This document shows, piece by piece, positions 35,294 through 44,653 of a stretch of DNA of 64,000 nt. The position numbers and the translations under genes are program-made. The notes below the pieces were generated by a model. It was not told where the DNA came from, did not search any database, and saw only the letters and a program-made list of their open reading frames with translations. How positions within the stretch are numbered: position 1 is the first letter of the stretch; the number at the start of each line of letters is the position of its first letter. The DNA lies in the NCBI GenBank assembly GCA_037142615.1, contig JBAXAI010000004.1, positions 104,654-168,653 on the forward strand. Direction: 5' to 3'. Source of the stretch: Spirochaetales bacterium. Lineage in GTDB: Bacteria; Spirochaetota; Spirochaetia; JABEVK01.

Positions 35294-35479
35294 ATGGCAA
35301 AGAAATCTTTGATCATTAAGGCGAACAAGACCCCGAAGTTCTCGAGCAGAGGCTATAACCGCTGCAAGGTCTGCGGCCGCCCGCGCGGGTATATTCGTAA
35401 GTTTCAATTGTGCCGTCTCTGTTTCCGGAAATATGCCTCCGAAGGGCTCATTCCCGGTGTAACGAAGTCGAGCTGGTAG
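35294..35479 (+). CDS. rpsN: 30S ribosomal protein S14, zinc-binding type Z
   Basis: RCKVCGRPR...LCRLCFR, 61 aa. Confidence 0.96.
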   Translation: MAKKSLIIKANKTPKFSSRGYNRCKVCGRPRGYIRKFQLCRLCFRKYASEGLIPGVTKSSW

Positions 35480-35493
35480 CGGAGGGGTGTGAA

Positions 35494-35892
35494 GTGTCTG
35501 TTTCCGATCCTATTGCCGATATGCTGACGAAAATTCGAAACGCTAGCGAAGCGAAGTTCGAGAAGGTTGATATAACGACTTCCAAGCTCAAGCTGGAGAT
35601 CGTGAAGATCCTTAAGAATGAGGGCTTCATCAAAAACTTCAAGAAGCTGAACCAGGAAGGGACCAATACCCTCCGGATCTTCCTGAAGTATGATGATAAG
35701 AATGACTCTGTGGTTCACGGCTTGAAGTCGCTTTCGACCCCTGGTCGCCGGGTCTATTCTGGCTACAAGGAAATGCCGCGTATTTTGAACGGTTATGGTA
35801 CGCTGATCGTATCCACCTCGATGGGTGTGACGACAGGTAGAAAGGCTGCAGAGAAAAAGGTTGGCGGTGAGCTGATCTGTTCTGTGTGGTAA
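35494..35892 (+). CDS. rpsH: 30S ribosomal protein S8
   Basis: [27 protein letters not shown]; GTG start. Confidence 0.96.
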   Translation: MSVSDPIADMLTKIRNASEAKFEKVDITTSKLKLEIVKILKNEGFIKNFKKLNQEGTNTLRIFLKYDDKNDSVVHGLKSLSTPGRRVYSGYKEMPRILNGYGTLIVSTSMGVTTGRKAAEKKVGGELICSVW

Positions 35893-35906
35893 TTGAGGAG
35901 AATGGA

Positions 35907-36449
35907 ATGTCCCGCATCGGCAACAAGCCCATCGAAGTGCCAAAAGGCGTAAAGGTCAGTTTTGCGAACTCTCTCCTGACCGTGGAAGGTCCCAAGGGGA
36001 AACTGCTGCAATCCTACGATCCGAAGATCTCGTTTGAGTCCAAGGACCAGTGGATAACCGTGAAACGCTCTGACGAAGAGAAGCCTACCAAGGCCAAGCA
36101 CGGACTGTATCGCAACCTGCTGAACAACATGTGCATCGGAGTTCAGGATGGCTTCAAGAAGACTCTGATCATCAACGGCGTCGGTTTTCGTGCTGAAGTG
36201 AAGGGGAATCTCTTGGTCCTCAATTTGGGCTACTCCAACCAAATTGAATATGTGATTCCTAAGGAAGTGCAGATTTCGGTGGAAACCAATACCAAGGTGA
36301 CTGTCGCCGGGATTAGCAAGGAGAAGGTTGGACTCGTCGCTAGTGAAATCCGTAGCCTCCGGGGACCAGAGCCCTACAAGGGCAAGGGGATTCGGTATGA
36401 CGACGAAGTCATCCGCAGAAAGGTCGGCAAGTCCGGCGTGAAGAAGTAG
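35907..36449 (+). CDS. rplF: 50S ribosomal protein L6
   Basis: MSRIGNKPI, PEPYKGKGIRY. Confidence 0.97.
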   Translation: MSRIGNKPIEVPKGVKVSFANSLLTVEGPKGKLLQSYDPKISFESKDQWITVKRSDEEKPTKAKHGLYRNLLNNMCIGVQDGFKKTLIINGVGFRAEVKGNLLVLNLGYSNQIEYVIPKEVQISVETNTKVTVAGISKEKVGLVASEIRSLRGPEPYKGKGIRYDDEVIRRKVGKSGVKK

Positions 36450-36462
36450 GCAGGAGTTTTCG

Positions 36463-36822
36463 ATGAAAAAATTGATTGAAAAAGCCCAGCGGAGGGCCAA
36501 GAGAAAACTTCGGATTCGCAGCGTCGTGTCGGGAAGTGCCATTCGTCCGCGTCTGAGCGTGTTCCGTTCTAACAAGCATTTTTACTGTCAGGCTATCGAT
36601 GATCTGACGGGTAACACGCTCGCTTCGATTTCTGACATGGAGAAAGTGCTCGTAGGTACCAAGTTGACTGAAGAGGGCGTGAAGAAACTGGGCGCGGAGT
36701 TCGGCAAGCGTCTGAAAGCCAAGAACATCGCAACCGCTGTATTTGACCGCAACGGTTTCCGCTACCATGGGGTCATCAAGAGTTTTGCCGACGCAATCCG
36801 CGAAGCGGGTATTCAGTTCTGA
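36463..36822 (+). CDS. rplR: 50S ribosomal protein L18
   Basis: RPRLSVFRSNK, FDRNGFRYHG. Confidence 0.96.
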   Translation: MKKLIEKAQRRAKRKLRIRSVVSGSAIRPRLSVFRSNKHFYCQAIDDLTGNTLASISDMEKVLVGTKLTEEGVKKLGAEFGKRLKAKNIATAVFDRNGFRYHGVIKSFADAIREAGIQF

Positions 36823-36850
36823 ATACGGCATTCAGTTCTAAGGGGTAAGT

Positions 36851-37360
36851 ATGGACCAGGGTAGAGACAGAGATAACAAAGATAAAGACTACGTAGAGAA
36901 GCTGATCCGACTGAACCGTGTCGCCAAGGTTGTAAAAGGCGGCCGTCGGTTCTCCTTTTCGGCCATGGTCGTTATTGGCGACCGGAATGGAAAGGTTGGC
37001 TACGGTTTCGGCAAGGCAAACGACGTTTCGGAAGCGATTCGCAAGAGCGTCGACAAGGCCAAGCGAAACATGATTCAGGTTCCGATCAAGAACGGCACGC
37101 TTCCGCACGACATCAATACGACTTACAAGGCCTCCCGCGTGCTTCTGAAGCCCGCTGCACCCGGTACCGGTATTATCGCTGGTGGGCATGTGCGCGCGGT
37201 GATGGAAGCAGTTGGAATCCGTGACGTGCTGAGCAAGTCGCTGGGTTCGGGCAACTCGGTCAACGTCGTCAAGACGGTATTTCGCGGCCTCGTGGAAATG
37301 CTGGACGCCAAGAAGATGTCCGTGAACCGCGGCAAATCGTTGAAGGATCTTTGGGGTTAA
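36851..37360 (+). CDS. rpsE: 30S ribosomal protein S5
   Basis: [26 protein letters not shown]. Confidence 0.97.
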   Translation: MDQGRDRDNKDKDYVEKLIRLNRVAKVVKGGRRFSFSAMVVIGDRNGKVGYGFGKANDVSEAIRKSVDKAKRNMIQVPIKNGTLPHDINTTYKASRVLLKPAAPGTGIIAGGHVRAVMEAVGIRDVLSKSLGSGNSVNVVKTVFRGLVEMLDAKKMSVNRGKSLKDLWG

Positions 37361-37362
37361 TC

Positions 37363-37560
37363 ATGGCCAAGACCAAAACCAAGAAAATTAGGATTACCCT
37401 CGTGCGAAGCACGATCGGTACCAAACCGAATCACCGTGCCACTGTGAAGGCTCTGGGTCTGGGGAAGATCAACTCTTCCGTCGAAACCGAAGTCAACGAA
37501 GCAATTCTTGGCATGGTGACGTCAGTGGCCCACCTCGTGATTTGGGAGGAAATCAAATAA
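37363..37560 (+). CDS. rpmD: 50S ribosomal protein L30
   Basis: [21 protein letters not shown]. Confidence 0.95.
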   Translation: MAKTKTKKIRITLVRSTIGTKPNHRATVKALGLGKINSSVETEVNEAILGMVTSVAHLVIWEEIK

Positions 37561-38024
37561 TGGAAAACCCGTATATCCTCCGCGCCCCTGTAGGGGCCAA
37601 CAAGAAGAAGCACATCATTGGCCGGGGGCGCTCAACCGGAACCGGTGGGACCTCGACCCGAGGCAACAAAGGACAAAAGTCCCGGTCTGGTGGTGGCGTC
37701 CGTTTGGGTTTTGAAGGCGGTCAAACTCCTCTGTTCCGTCGTCTACCTGCCCGTGGGTTCAATAACGCCGTGTTCCGCGTGGAATATACCTGCGTGAACC
37801 TCCTGTTGCTCGAGAAGTATTTCGCGAGCGGCGAAACGGTCAGTTACGAGACCTTGGTGGCAAAGGGCATAGTCAAGAACAAAGAGACGCTGGTGAAAAT
37901 CCTCGGCAAGGGAACTCTGACTAAGAAATTGACCATCCAGGTGGACAAGATCTCGGCTGGAGCTAAAGCTGCCGTGGAAAAAGCCGGTGGAACGGTGGCG
38001 GTTGCTGCCGCTGAAAACACCTGA
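37560..38024 (+). CDS. rplO: 50S ribosomal protein L15
   Basis: [24 protein letters not shown]. Confidence 0.96.
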   Translation: MENPYILRAPVGANKKKHIIGRGRSTGTGGTSTRGNKGQKSRSGGGVRLGFEGGQTPLFRRLPARGFNNAVFRVEYTCVNLLLLEKYFASGETVSYETLVAKGIVKNKETLVKILGKGTLTKKLTIQVDKISAGAKAAVEKAGGTVAVAAAENT

Positions 38025-38038
38025 CGGGAATGTGAACG

Positions 38039-39364
38039 ATGGCTACCCCTCTTTTTGATATTTTCAGAATCAAGGACCTCCGCGACCGAATCTTCTTTAC
38101 GTTGAGTATTCTGCTGGTGTTCCGTTTGGGCGCCATCCTTCCTATCCCAGGAATCAACGGTACTGCGCTAAAACTGTATTTCACCCAGCAGCAGTCAAAT
38201 GGCATCTCGCTGACTGACTACTTTGACTTCTTTTCGGGCGGCGCTTTCCACAACTTCTCGATCTTCATGATGGGGATCATGCCCTACATTTCGATGTCGA
38301 TCATCATGCAGTTGATGGTGGTTGTCTTTCCGTCGTTTCGCAAGATTCAACAGGAAGACGGAGGCAAGAAGAAGATTCACCGCTGGACTCGTATCGGCAC
38401 AGTGATCGTCTGTATCATCCAGTCCGTCGCCGTAAGCAGCCTGGCGGCTAGTATTCCAGACGCCATCTACCCGGCACTCAAGGGCCTGCCCTTCATCCTG
38501 ATGTCGATGTTGGCCGTTACAACGGGGACGATGTTCCTGATGTGGATGGGTGAACAGATCAACCAGCGAGGTATTGGGAACGGCATCTCGCTGTTGATCT
38601 TCACTGGCATTGTGGCGAGGATTCCCGACGCCATCTACCAGTTGTTTCAGGCTATCCAGCGTGGCGATTTGAACCCTGTGTTCGTGATCATCGTGTTGTT
38701 GCTTTTCGTCGGGGTCATTGCTCTGGTTATTTTTGAGCAGCAGGGAATGCGCAAGATTCCTGTTCACTATGCCAAGCGAGTCGTCGGACGCAAAATGTTC
38801 GGTGCTCAGAACACCTACATTCCGTTCAAGATGAACCCGTCGGGCGTCATCCCGATTATCTTCGCATCGAGCCTTCTGATGTTCCCGCTTCAGATTGCAG
38901 GGAACTTCGGCTCGTCTGTGCCCTTCTTGGGCGCCGTTGCCAGCTTCCTTAAGCCCCACGACTGGCCGTATTTGACGCTATACACTGTACTGATCATCTT
39001 CTTCGCGTACTTTTACACTCAGGTGTCGCTCAACCCGATCGAGATCTCGAAACAGATCCGCGAGCACGGTGGTTCGATCCCCGGAATTCGTTCCGAGAAA
39101 ATGGAAGAGCATTTGACAAGAATCCTCAATCGGATTATTCTTCCGGGGTCTTTATTCTTGGCCCTGATCGCTGTCATACCGCAATTGATTATCATGTGGA
39201 TTCCTGGTTTTCCGTCGGCTTTGGCTTATGTGATGGGCGGGACCTCCCTCCTTATTCTGGTAGGTGTCGATCTGGACACCATGTCCCAGATCGAAGGTCA
39301 TCTGCGCATGCACCACCATGAAGGCTTTGGCAAGAAAGGCAAGATAAGGTCCAGGAATCTTTAG
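38039..39364 (+). CDS. secY: Preprotein translocase subunit SecY
   Basis: GIMPYIS, GIGNGISLLIF, GVIPIIFA, IPGIR, GGTSLLI. Confidence 0.97.
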   Translation: MATPLFDIFRIKDLRDRIFFTLSILLVFRLGAILPIPGINGTALKLYFTQQQSNGISLTDYFDFFSGGAFHNFSIFMMGIMPYISMSIIMQLMVVVFPSFRKIQQEDGGKKKIHRWTRIGTVIVCIIQSVAVSSLAASIPDAIYPALKGLPFILMSMLAVTTGTMFLMWMGEQINQRGIGNGISLLIFTGIVARIPDAIYQLFQAIQRGDLNPVFVIIVLLLFVGVIALVIFEQQGMRKIPVHYAKRVVGRKMFGAQNTYIPFKMNPSGVIPIIFASSLLMFPLQIAGNFGSSVPFLGAVASFLKPHDWPYLTLYTVLIIFFAYFYTQVSLNPIEISKQIREHGGSIPGIRSEKMEEHLTRILNRIILPGSLFLALIAVIPQLIIMWIPGFPSALAYVMGGTSLLILVGVDLDTMSQIEGHLRMHHHEGFGKKGKIRSRNL

Positions 39365-39373
39365 GAGAGACCC

Positions 39374-39490
39374 ATGAAAGTACGTGTCAGCGTGAAACCA
39401 ATTTGTGACAACTGCAAGGTCATCCGCCGTCGTGGCGTGCTGAGAATCATCTGCAGCACCAACCCCAAGCACAAACAGAGACAAGGATAA
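39374..39490 (+). CDS. rpmJ: 50S ribosomal protein L36 (missing from ORF track)
   Basis: Manual translation [38 protein letters not shown]. Confidence 0.96.
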   Translation: MKVRVSVKPICDNCKVIRRRGVLRIICSTNPKHKQRQG

Positions 39491-39502
39491 GGGACTAGAA
39501 CC

Positions 39503-39868
39503 ATGGCAAGAATTGCAGGTATTGACCTACCTAACAAGCACGTCGAGATCGCTCTGACGTACATTTATGGCATCGGACGTTCCCGGGCCTTGGAGATCTG
39601 CGGTAAGACAAAGATCAATCCATCGAAGAAGACGAACGACCTGAATCAGGAAGAAGTGAATGAACTCCGGAAGGTCATCGAAAATGACTACACGGTTGAA
39701 GGCCGCCTCCGATCTGAAGTATCGCTGAACATCAAACGTTTGATGGACATCGGTTGCTACCGGGGACTGCGTCACCGCAAGGGCCTACCCGTGCGAGGAC
39801 AGCGGACCAAGACCAATGCCCGTACTCGCAAGGGTAAGCGCAAGACCGTCGCGAACAAGAAGAAGTAA
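39503..39868 (+). CDS. rpsM: 30S ribosomal protein S13
   Basis: [24 protein letters not shown]. Confidence 0.97.
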   Translation: MARIAGIDLPNKHVEIALTYIYGIGRSRALEICGKTKINPSKKTNDLNQEEVNELRKVIENDYTVEGRLRSEVSLNIKRLMDIGCYRGLRHRKGLPVRGQRTKTNARTRKGKRKTVANKKK

Positions 39869-39882
39869 TCGGGGGAACTATT

Positions 39883-40263
39883 TTGGCTAAGGCTAAGAAG
39901 AAGAAAGAAAAGAAGGTCGTTTTTGAAGGCAATGTCTTCATTCAGGCGACGTTCAACAATACCATCGTGACTGTGACCGACCTCCGAGGAAACGCCTTGT
40001 CGTGGTCCTCGGCTGGTGGTCTCGGTTTCCGCGGTGCGAAGAAGTCCACCCCGTTTGCTGCACAGACAACAGCGGAAAATGCCGCCAACAAAGCCAAAGA
40101 ATATGGTTTGCGCGAGGTCCACGTGTTCGTAAAGGGGCCAGGAGTTGGTCGTGAGTCGGCGATCCGCTCTCTGGGCGCTCTGGGATTGCGGGTGAAGAGT
40201 ATTCACGACGTAACACCTATTCCCCACAACGGTTGTCGCCCCCGCAAAAGCCGCCGCGTCTGA
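39883..40263 (+). CDS. rpsK: 30S ribosomal protein S11
   Basis: [28 protein letters not shown]; TTG start. Confidence 0.97.
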   Translation: MAKAKKKKEKKVVFEGNVFIQATFNNTIVTVTDLRGNALSWSSAGGLGFRGAKKSTPFAAQTTAENAANKAKEYGLREVHVFVKGPGVGRESAIRSLGALGLRVKSIHDVTPIPHNGCRPRKSRRV

Positions 40264-40396
40264 CTGAAACCCTTCGGGGCTACAGCACGCATCGGTCGTA
40301 ACGCCGGAGTCGATTTCGGTGCCCGCCGTCTGGTCCCCTTGACCGGCGTCGAGCATGGTATGAGACGACCCTGGGCGTACGTTTCAAGGAGAACAC

Positions 40397-41443
40397 ATGG
40401 CGAGAAAGAACCTTTTGAAAGGCTTCAAGCGGCCTAAGGGCCTGCACTTTGAGCAGAGTGATCTGCAACCGAACTACGGCAAGTTTATCGCATACCCTTT
40501 CGAAAGGGGTTATGGACACACCATTGGAAACACCCTTCGCCGCATCCTGCTGTCGTCGATCCAGGGCTATGCCGTGTCTGGAATCCGGATTACCTCTTAC
40601 CGTGAGGATGGTACGCCACACCTGATTTCCAACGAGTTCGAATCGATCCCGGAAGTGGTTGAAGACACTCCTGTCATCCTTGCCAACCTCAAGAATCTTC
40701 AGATTCATGTCGCCGACGAGCTTGAGTCTACCGTAATTCTCGTCGAGGTTAAGGGGAAGGATCAGGGCTTCATTTCAGGCTCTGACTTGTGCGTCAGCGG
40801 TGTGGAAGTGGTCAATAAAGACCTCCATATTGCCACCTTGACAGGCAAAGCGCACATTGAGTTGGAACTTCAGATTGATCTTGGCAGGGGCTACGTTCCG
40901 GCGGAGGTCCACGAGAAGAATATTGAGATTGCGAATACCATTGCGCTTGATTCCATTTACTCGCCTATCAAGAAAGTGAAGTATTCGGTCGAGGACACCC
41001 GCGTGGGGCAGCGTGCCGATTACGACAAATTGAATCTAGAAATCTGGACCGATGGAACCATCAGTCCAGAAAATGCGCTGGCCGAAGCCGCCAAGATCGC
41101 CAAGGATCATTTCAGCATCTTCATCAACTTCAATGAGGACGATGTATCTGGCGACGAAGAGATCAGCGAAGACGAGGTTTCGGTGAAGGCCTTGGTCAAC
41201 ACTCCTGTCGAGGATCTCGAGTTGTCGGTTCGCTCAAGCAATTGTCTGAAGAACGCCAACATCAAGACGATCGGTGAACTCATTCGAAAGTCCGAAGAAG
41301 ACATTGCGAAGACGAGGAACTTTGGGAAGAAGAGCTTGGAAGAGATCAAACTGAAACTCAAGGAACGGAACTTGACGTTCGGCATGACAGATACGAGCCA
41401 GATCATCCAGGCTTTGAAATTGACCAAGCAGGATAAGGAATAA
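40397..41443 (+). CDS. rpoA: RNA polymerase alpha subunit
   Basis: [38 protein letters not shown]. Confidence 0.97.
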   Translation: MARKNLLKGFKRPKGLHFEQSDLQPNYGKFIAYPFERGYGHTIGNTLRRILLSSIQGYAVSGIRITSYREDGTPHLISNEFESIPEVVEDTPVILANLKNLQIHVADELESTVILVEVKGKDQGFISGSDLCVSGVEVVNKDLHIATLTGKAHIELELQIDLGRGYVPAEVHEKNIEIANTIALDSIYSPIKKVKYSVEDTRVGQRADYDKLNLEIWTDGTISPENALAEAAKIAKDHFSIFINFNEDDVSGDEEISEDEVSVKALVNTPVEDLELSVRSSNCLKNANIKTIGELIRKSEEDIAKTRNFGKKSLEEIKLKLKERNLTFGMTDTSQIIQALKLTKQDKE

Positions 41444-41446
41444 GCT

Positions 41447-41986
41447 ATGAACAACAAGACGGGTTTCAACCGTTTGAACCGCCGGGCCGGACACCGCAGA
41501 GCCCTGGTCAAGAACATGGTCACCTCGCTGTTCGTCCATGAACGCATCACGACTACGAAGTCGAAAGCGTTGGAAGTACGACGTCACGCCGAGAAGATGG
41601 TGACCCGAGCAAAAGTGGACTCTGTGCATAATCGCCGAGAGATTGCCAAGACGATTACCCAAGACGATGTGCTGGTGAAACTATTCACCGTGCTCGGCCC
41701 GCGGTTCAAGACCCGCGCCGGTGGTTACACCCGTATCCTAAAGCTTGGTCAGCGGTTCGGCGATGCAGCCGAAATGGTCATCCTTGAGTTTGTGGAAAGG
41801 ACCGAGAAACTGGAAGCCGCCCCCGTCGAGGATGGCAAGTCCAAGAAGGCTGCGACCAAGCCTGTCGCCGAAAAGGCTTCAAAGGCCAAGGCCGCTTCTG
41901 GCGAAGCGAAGAAGGCCGCACCGGCAAAGAAGGCCGCGCCAGCAAAGAAGGCCGCACCCAAGAAAGCGTCGGCAACCGCCGAATAA
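41447..41986 (+). CDS. rplQ: 50S ribosomal protein L17 with Lys/Ala-rich C-terminal extension
   Basis: [18 protein letters not shown]; tail [19 protein letters not shown]. Confidence 0.96.
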   Translation: MNNKTGFNRLNRRAGHRRALVKNMVTSLFVHERITTTKSKALEVRRHAEKMVTRAKVDSVHNRREIAKTITQDDVLVKLFTVLGPRFKTRAGGYTRILKLGQRFGDAAEMVILEFVERTEKLEAAPVEDGKSKKAATKPVAEKASKAKAASGEAKKAAPAKKAAPAKKAAPKKASATAE

Positions 41987-42019
41987 GTTCAATCCTTCGG
42001 TTTTTTGCGCCGAACATAG

Positions 42020-42053
42020 AGGAGGTACACCTGTGGGTGGGCCTCCTTTTTTT
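42020..42053 (+). terminator. Intrinsic terminator ending the ribosomal superoperon (overlaps SD/start of next gene)
   Basis: AGGAGGTACAC-loop-GTGGGCCTCCT hairpin followed by a T tract. Confidence 0.7.
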
Positions 42054-44570
42054 ATGTCAACCGGAAAACGCTTCTCTATCAGCCTACTAATCTCAATCGT
42101 CCTGTTCACGGGCTTTTCATTTGTGGCGTTCTCCGGCCTCTTCCCCTGGCTCGAAGTCCAGTTCTACAGTCCGAAGATCGTCGGCGATCTGCAGGCTCAG
42201 CTCAGTGTCGCCGAAGCGCAGATCAAGGACTGGGAGGCGCTGCAGGTCAGCAAGTTCCGTTTGCTCCTGGCGGACCCGTCGTTTGCCGGCGTCTATTCCC
42301 CGACCTTTGACCGAAAACGCTACGACACGGCCAAGTTGTACCTTCAGGGGCAAAAGCTGGGTGGTGCGGTACGTATTTTGGACGCCACCAAGGAGAAGCT
42401 TCACTTCTCGACGGTGGACCGGGACTTTGCCAGCAAAAGCGACCAGAAAGCCATTTACCGAAACTACATTGAACTGCTCGCCGACCCGGCAAACACCGAA
42501 GACCTTCCGGTCCTGGCGACCCAAGACCTGAGCGGAATTGTCTCGCGCGTATTTGTAGGCCCTCAGGGGCGCATGTTACAGTTCCTCGTTCCGTTCACCG
42601 ATGCGAAAAGCAACCAGACGGGTTGGGCCCTTCTGGACCTGCCCGTCGAGGATCTACGACTGAGTCTTCTCGAGAAAGCAAGCCCGCTTGCCTCGCAAAC
42701 CTTGCTGATGCCTACAGCCGAGGTGGCCTTGTTCTGGATGACCAACCACCCAGAGTCCGCAGTCTTGGAGCGGGTCAAGGCACAAGTCAAAGCGGGAATC
42801 CTTCCGCCGGTGCAGCGTCTGGCGCAGGCTGCTGGCTACCAGGGTGCCAGCTCCGGCCGCGAGACCCTCACACTCGTGGCCAAGAACTCCGCAACGATTC
42901 TCGTTCCAGATTCCTTGTTGACTTTAGACTCGAGTTTGAAGGCCATCGTCCTGATTGCCTTCTTCACTGTTGTTTTTCTGGTCAGCTTTCTGCTTTTCAA
43001 CCTCAGGGGCGACCCGGTCTCCGTTGTCGCGGCGCAGATCCGGCGCCTTCAGATTCAGGTTCTTCAGAACTACCTCGATGACAAGAACCAGGAGAAAATT
43101 CAGAGCCTCCGTGAAGAGTTGGTGACGCACTCCGCTGAAATCAAACGTGACATCCGAAGGAACCTCGGTCGCGTTCGAAAACGCGACGCAAGTGCCATTG
43201 ACGGGTTCATCGAGAAGAACTGGCAGGAGATCCTTGACCTACTCGACAAGCGGGCGCCCGAAGCACCACCCGGCTCACCGCCGGTACAGGAACCAAGCAT
43301 TACCTTGGGCGAGTTCAGGCAACTGCTGCAGGAAGTCCTGCGTAGTTTGCCTGTCGGTGTTTCAAGGGCGAGTGCTGTTTCCCCGGTCCACAAACCTACT
43401 GCCGCTGAACCCGAGGAGCTGGACGAAGTCGAAGAGCTGGACGAGGTCGAAGAGCTGGACGAAGTCGAGGAGCTGGACGAAGTCGAGGAGCTGGACGAGG
43501 TCGAGGAGCTGGACGAGGTCGAAGAACAGACCGAGGTTGAGGACGCCGAAGCGGTGGAGGACCTGGAAGACGCTGAGGCTGTCGAAGAACTCATCGACGA
43601 AGTCGAGCCGGTGGAAGTAGCCGGAACTCCACCTGCCGAAGACGCCGCGGAAGTCCTTTCCGAGGAAGCCGAGGAGCTAGAAGAACTTGAGGAGGCCGAC
43701 ATGGAAGCGGAAGACGCGGAACTCCTGGAAGATCTTCCCACCCATAATGCCTCAGGGGACCACTTCTTGGGTTACAATACACAACAACAGGATGGGCCAC
43801 TGGCAATGCTGGAAGTTCAGGATGATGCGGACGATGCTGGACTAGAAGAGCTCGAAGAACTCGACGACCTCGAAGAACTGGCCGAAGACGAAACCGGGCC
43901 AACTTACATGAACTCCAGCCTGTCAATGGACACACTAGATCAGGCTTGGGCTCTACGAGCCGAGGCTGTCTTCCAAAACGATGGGGATGTCGTCTCGTTG
44001 CGTGACGAGCTCTTCGCCGAAGCTGAAACTCCCGACGACGAGCTAAGTCATCTTCTTGGCGGGGTGATCGGCGATGAGCCGCAGGCCTTCATGATGTCTG
44101 AGGACCAGGACGTCCCCGTCACGGTTAGTCGCGCCTGGCGTTGGTCCGGGGCCGGCTTCGAATGGGAACGCTTCGCTGGGGGGGAATCGGAAGTTGAGCT
44201 TTTCCGTGCGCTTTCCGATGCCGTCACCGCGTTTGACGCGTTCACTGCGGCCATCCTGGCCCGTGAGGGTGATGTCTGGAAAGCCAGCAGCAGCGTTGGC
44301 TTCAGCGACTCGGGCAAGCTTGGTCTTGTCTTTGCCTCCGATAAAGCACTTGGGCGAGACTACCTTTCGCGCCGGGAACTGCATGTTCTGGGAGGTGGAG
44401 GCGCCAACCCGATTCTGCGAGAGGCCTTCCACATCAAGGACCTCAAGTTCCTCAAGACTATCCTTTGCGTTCCATTGCTGTTCCGCCGGGAGCCTGCCTG
44501 GCTTCTTCTCGGCTTGAGGCGCGATCCGGGCGACCTGCTTAAGATCCTCGAACCCCGTACGATTTCGTGA
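42054..44570 (+). CDS. Hypothetical 2-TM membrane protein with acidic low-complexity region and possible C-terminal GAF-like domain
   Basis: N-terminal TM, about 270-aa extracytoplasmic region, second TM, (EELDEV)6 repeat, C-terminal LCVPLLF..AWLLLG; alternative in-frame GTG start at 42033. Confidence 0.8.
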   Translation: MSTGKRFSISLLISIVLFTGFSFVAFSGLFPWLEVQFYSPKIVGDLQAQLSVAEAQIKDWEALQVSKFRLLLADPSFAGVYSPTFDRKRYDTAKLYLQGQKLGGAVRILDATKEKLHFSTVDRDFASKSDQKAIYRNYIELLADPANTEDLPVLATQDLSGIVSRVFVGPQGRMLQFLVPFTDAKSNQTGWALLDLPVEDLRLSLLEKASPLASQTLLMPTAEVALFWMTNHPESAVLERVKAQVKAGILPPVQRLAQAAGYQGASSGRETLTLVAKNSATILVPDSLLTLDSSLKAIVLIAFFTVVFLVSFLLFNLRGDPVSVVAAQIRRLQIQVLQNYLDDKNQEKIQSLREELVTHSAEIKRDIRRNLGRVRKRDASAIDGFIEKNWQEILDLLDKRAPEAPPGSPPVQEPSITLGEFRQLLQEVLRSLPVGVSRASAVSPVHKPTAAEPEELDEVEELDEVEELDEVEELDEVEELDEVEELDEVEEQTEVEDAEAVEDLEDAEAVEELIDEVEPVEVAGTPPAEDAAEVLSEEAEELEELEEADMEAEDAELLEDLPTHNASGDHFLGYNTQQQDGPLAMLEVQDDADDAGLEELEELDDLEELAEDETGPTYMNSSLSMDTLDQAWALRAEAVFQNDGDVVSLRDELFAEAETPDDELSHLLGGVIGDEPQAFMMSEDQDVPVTVSRAWRWSGAGFEWERFAGGESEVELFRALSDAVTAFDAFTAAILAREGDVWKASSSVGFSDSGKLGLVFASDKALGRDYLSRRELHVLGGGGANPILREAFHIKDLKFLKTILCVPLLFRREPAWLLLGLRRDPGDLLKILEPRTIS
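43413..43520 (+). repeat. Coding tandem repeat, 6 x 18 bp (EELDEV)
   Basis: GARGAGCTGGACGARGTC x6 with only synonymous variation. Confidence 0.95.
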
Positions 44571-44593
44571 TCGCAGACGGCAAGGTCTAGCCA

Positions 44594-44622
44594 TTGCCCA
44601 GATGAATGAGATGTAATATACT
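44594..44622 (+). promoter_or_regulatory. Sigma70 promoter TTGCCC-17-TATACT of rny
   Basis: Hexamers with 17-bp spacer upstream of SD GAGGAG. Confidence 0.6.
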
Positions 44623-44653
44623 ATCACAAAGAAAAATCAACAGAGGAGAGTCT

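Noticed and set aside
38039-40396. Absence of adk, map, infA and rpsD from the spc/alpha operon
   Set aside because: Matches the known Borrelia/Treponema-type arrangement; not novel in itself
27789-41986. Lower GC of the tuf-S10-spc-alpha block as a sign of horizontal transfer
   Set aside because: Consistent with codon usage of highly expressed genes; proteins and gene order are spirochaete-like
43413-43520. Possible CRISPR array or non-coding repeat
   Set aside because: Contiguous 18-bp units without spacers, in frame within a CDS; no cas genes
44571-44653. 6S RNA (ssrS) or zapA upstream of rny
   Set aside because: The gap is only 83 nt and is filled by a promoter and SD
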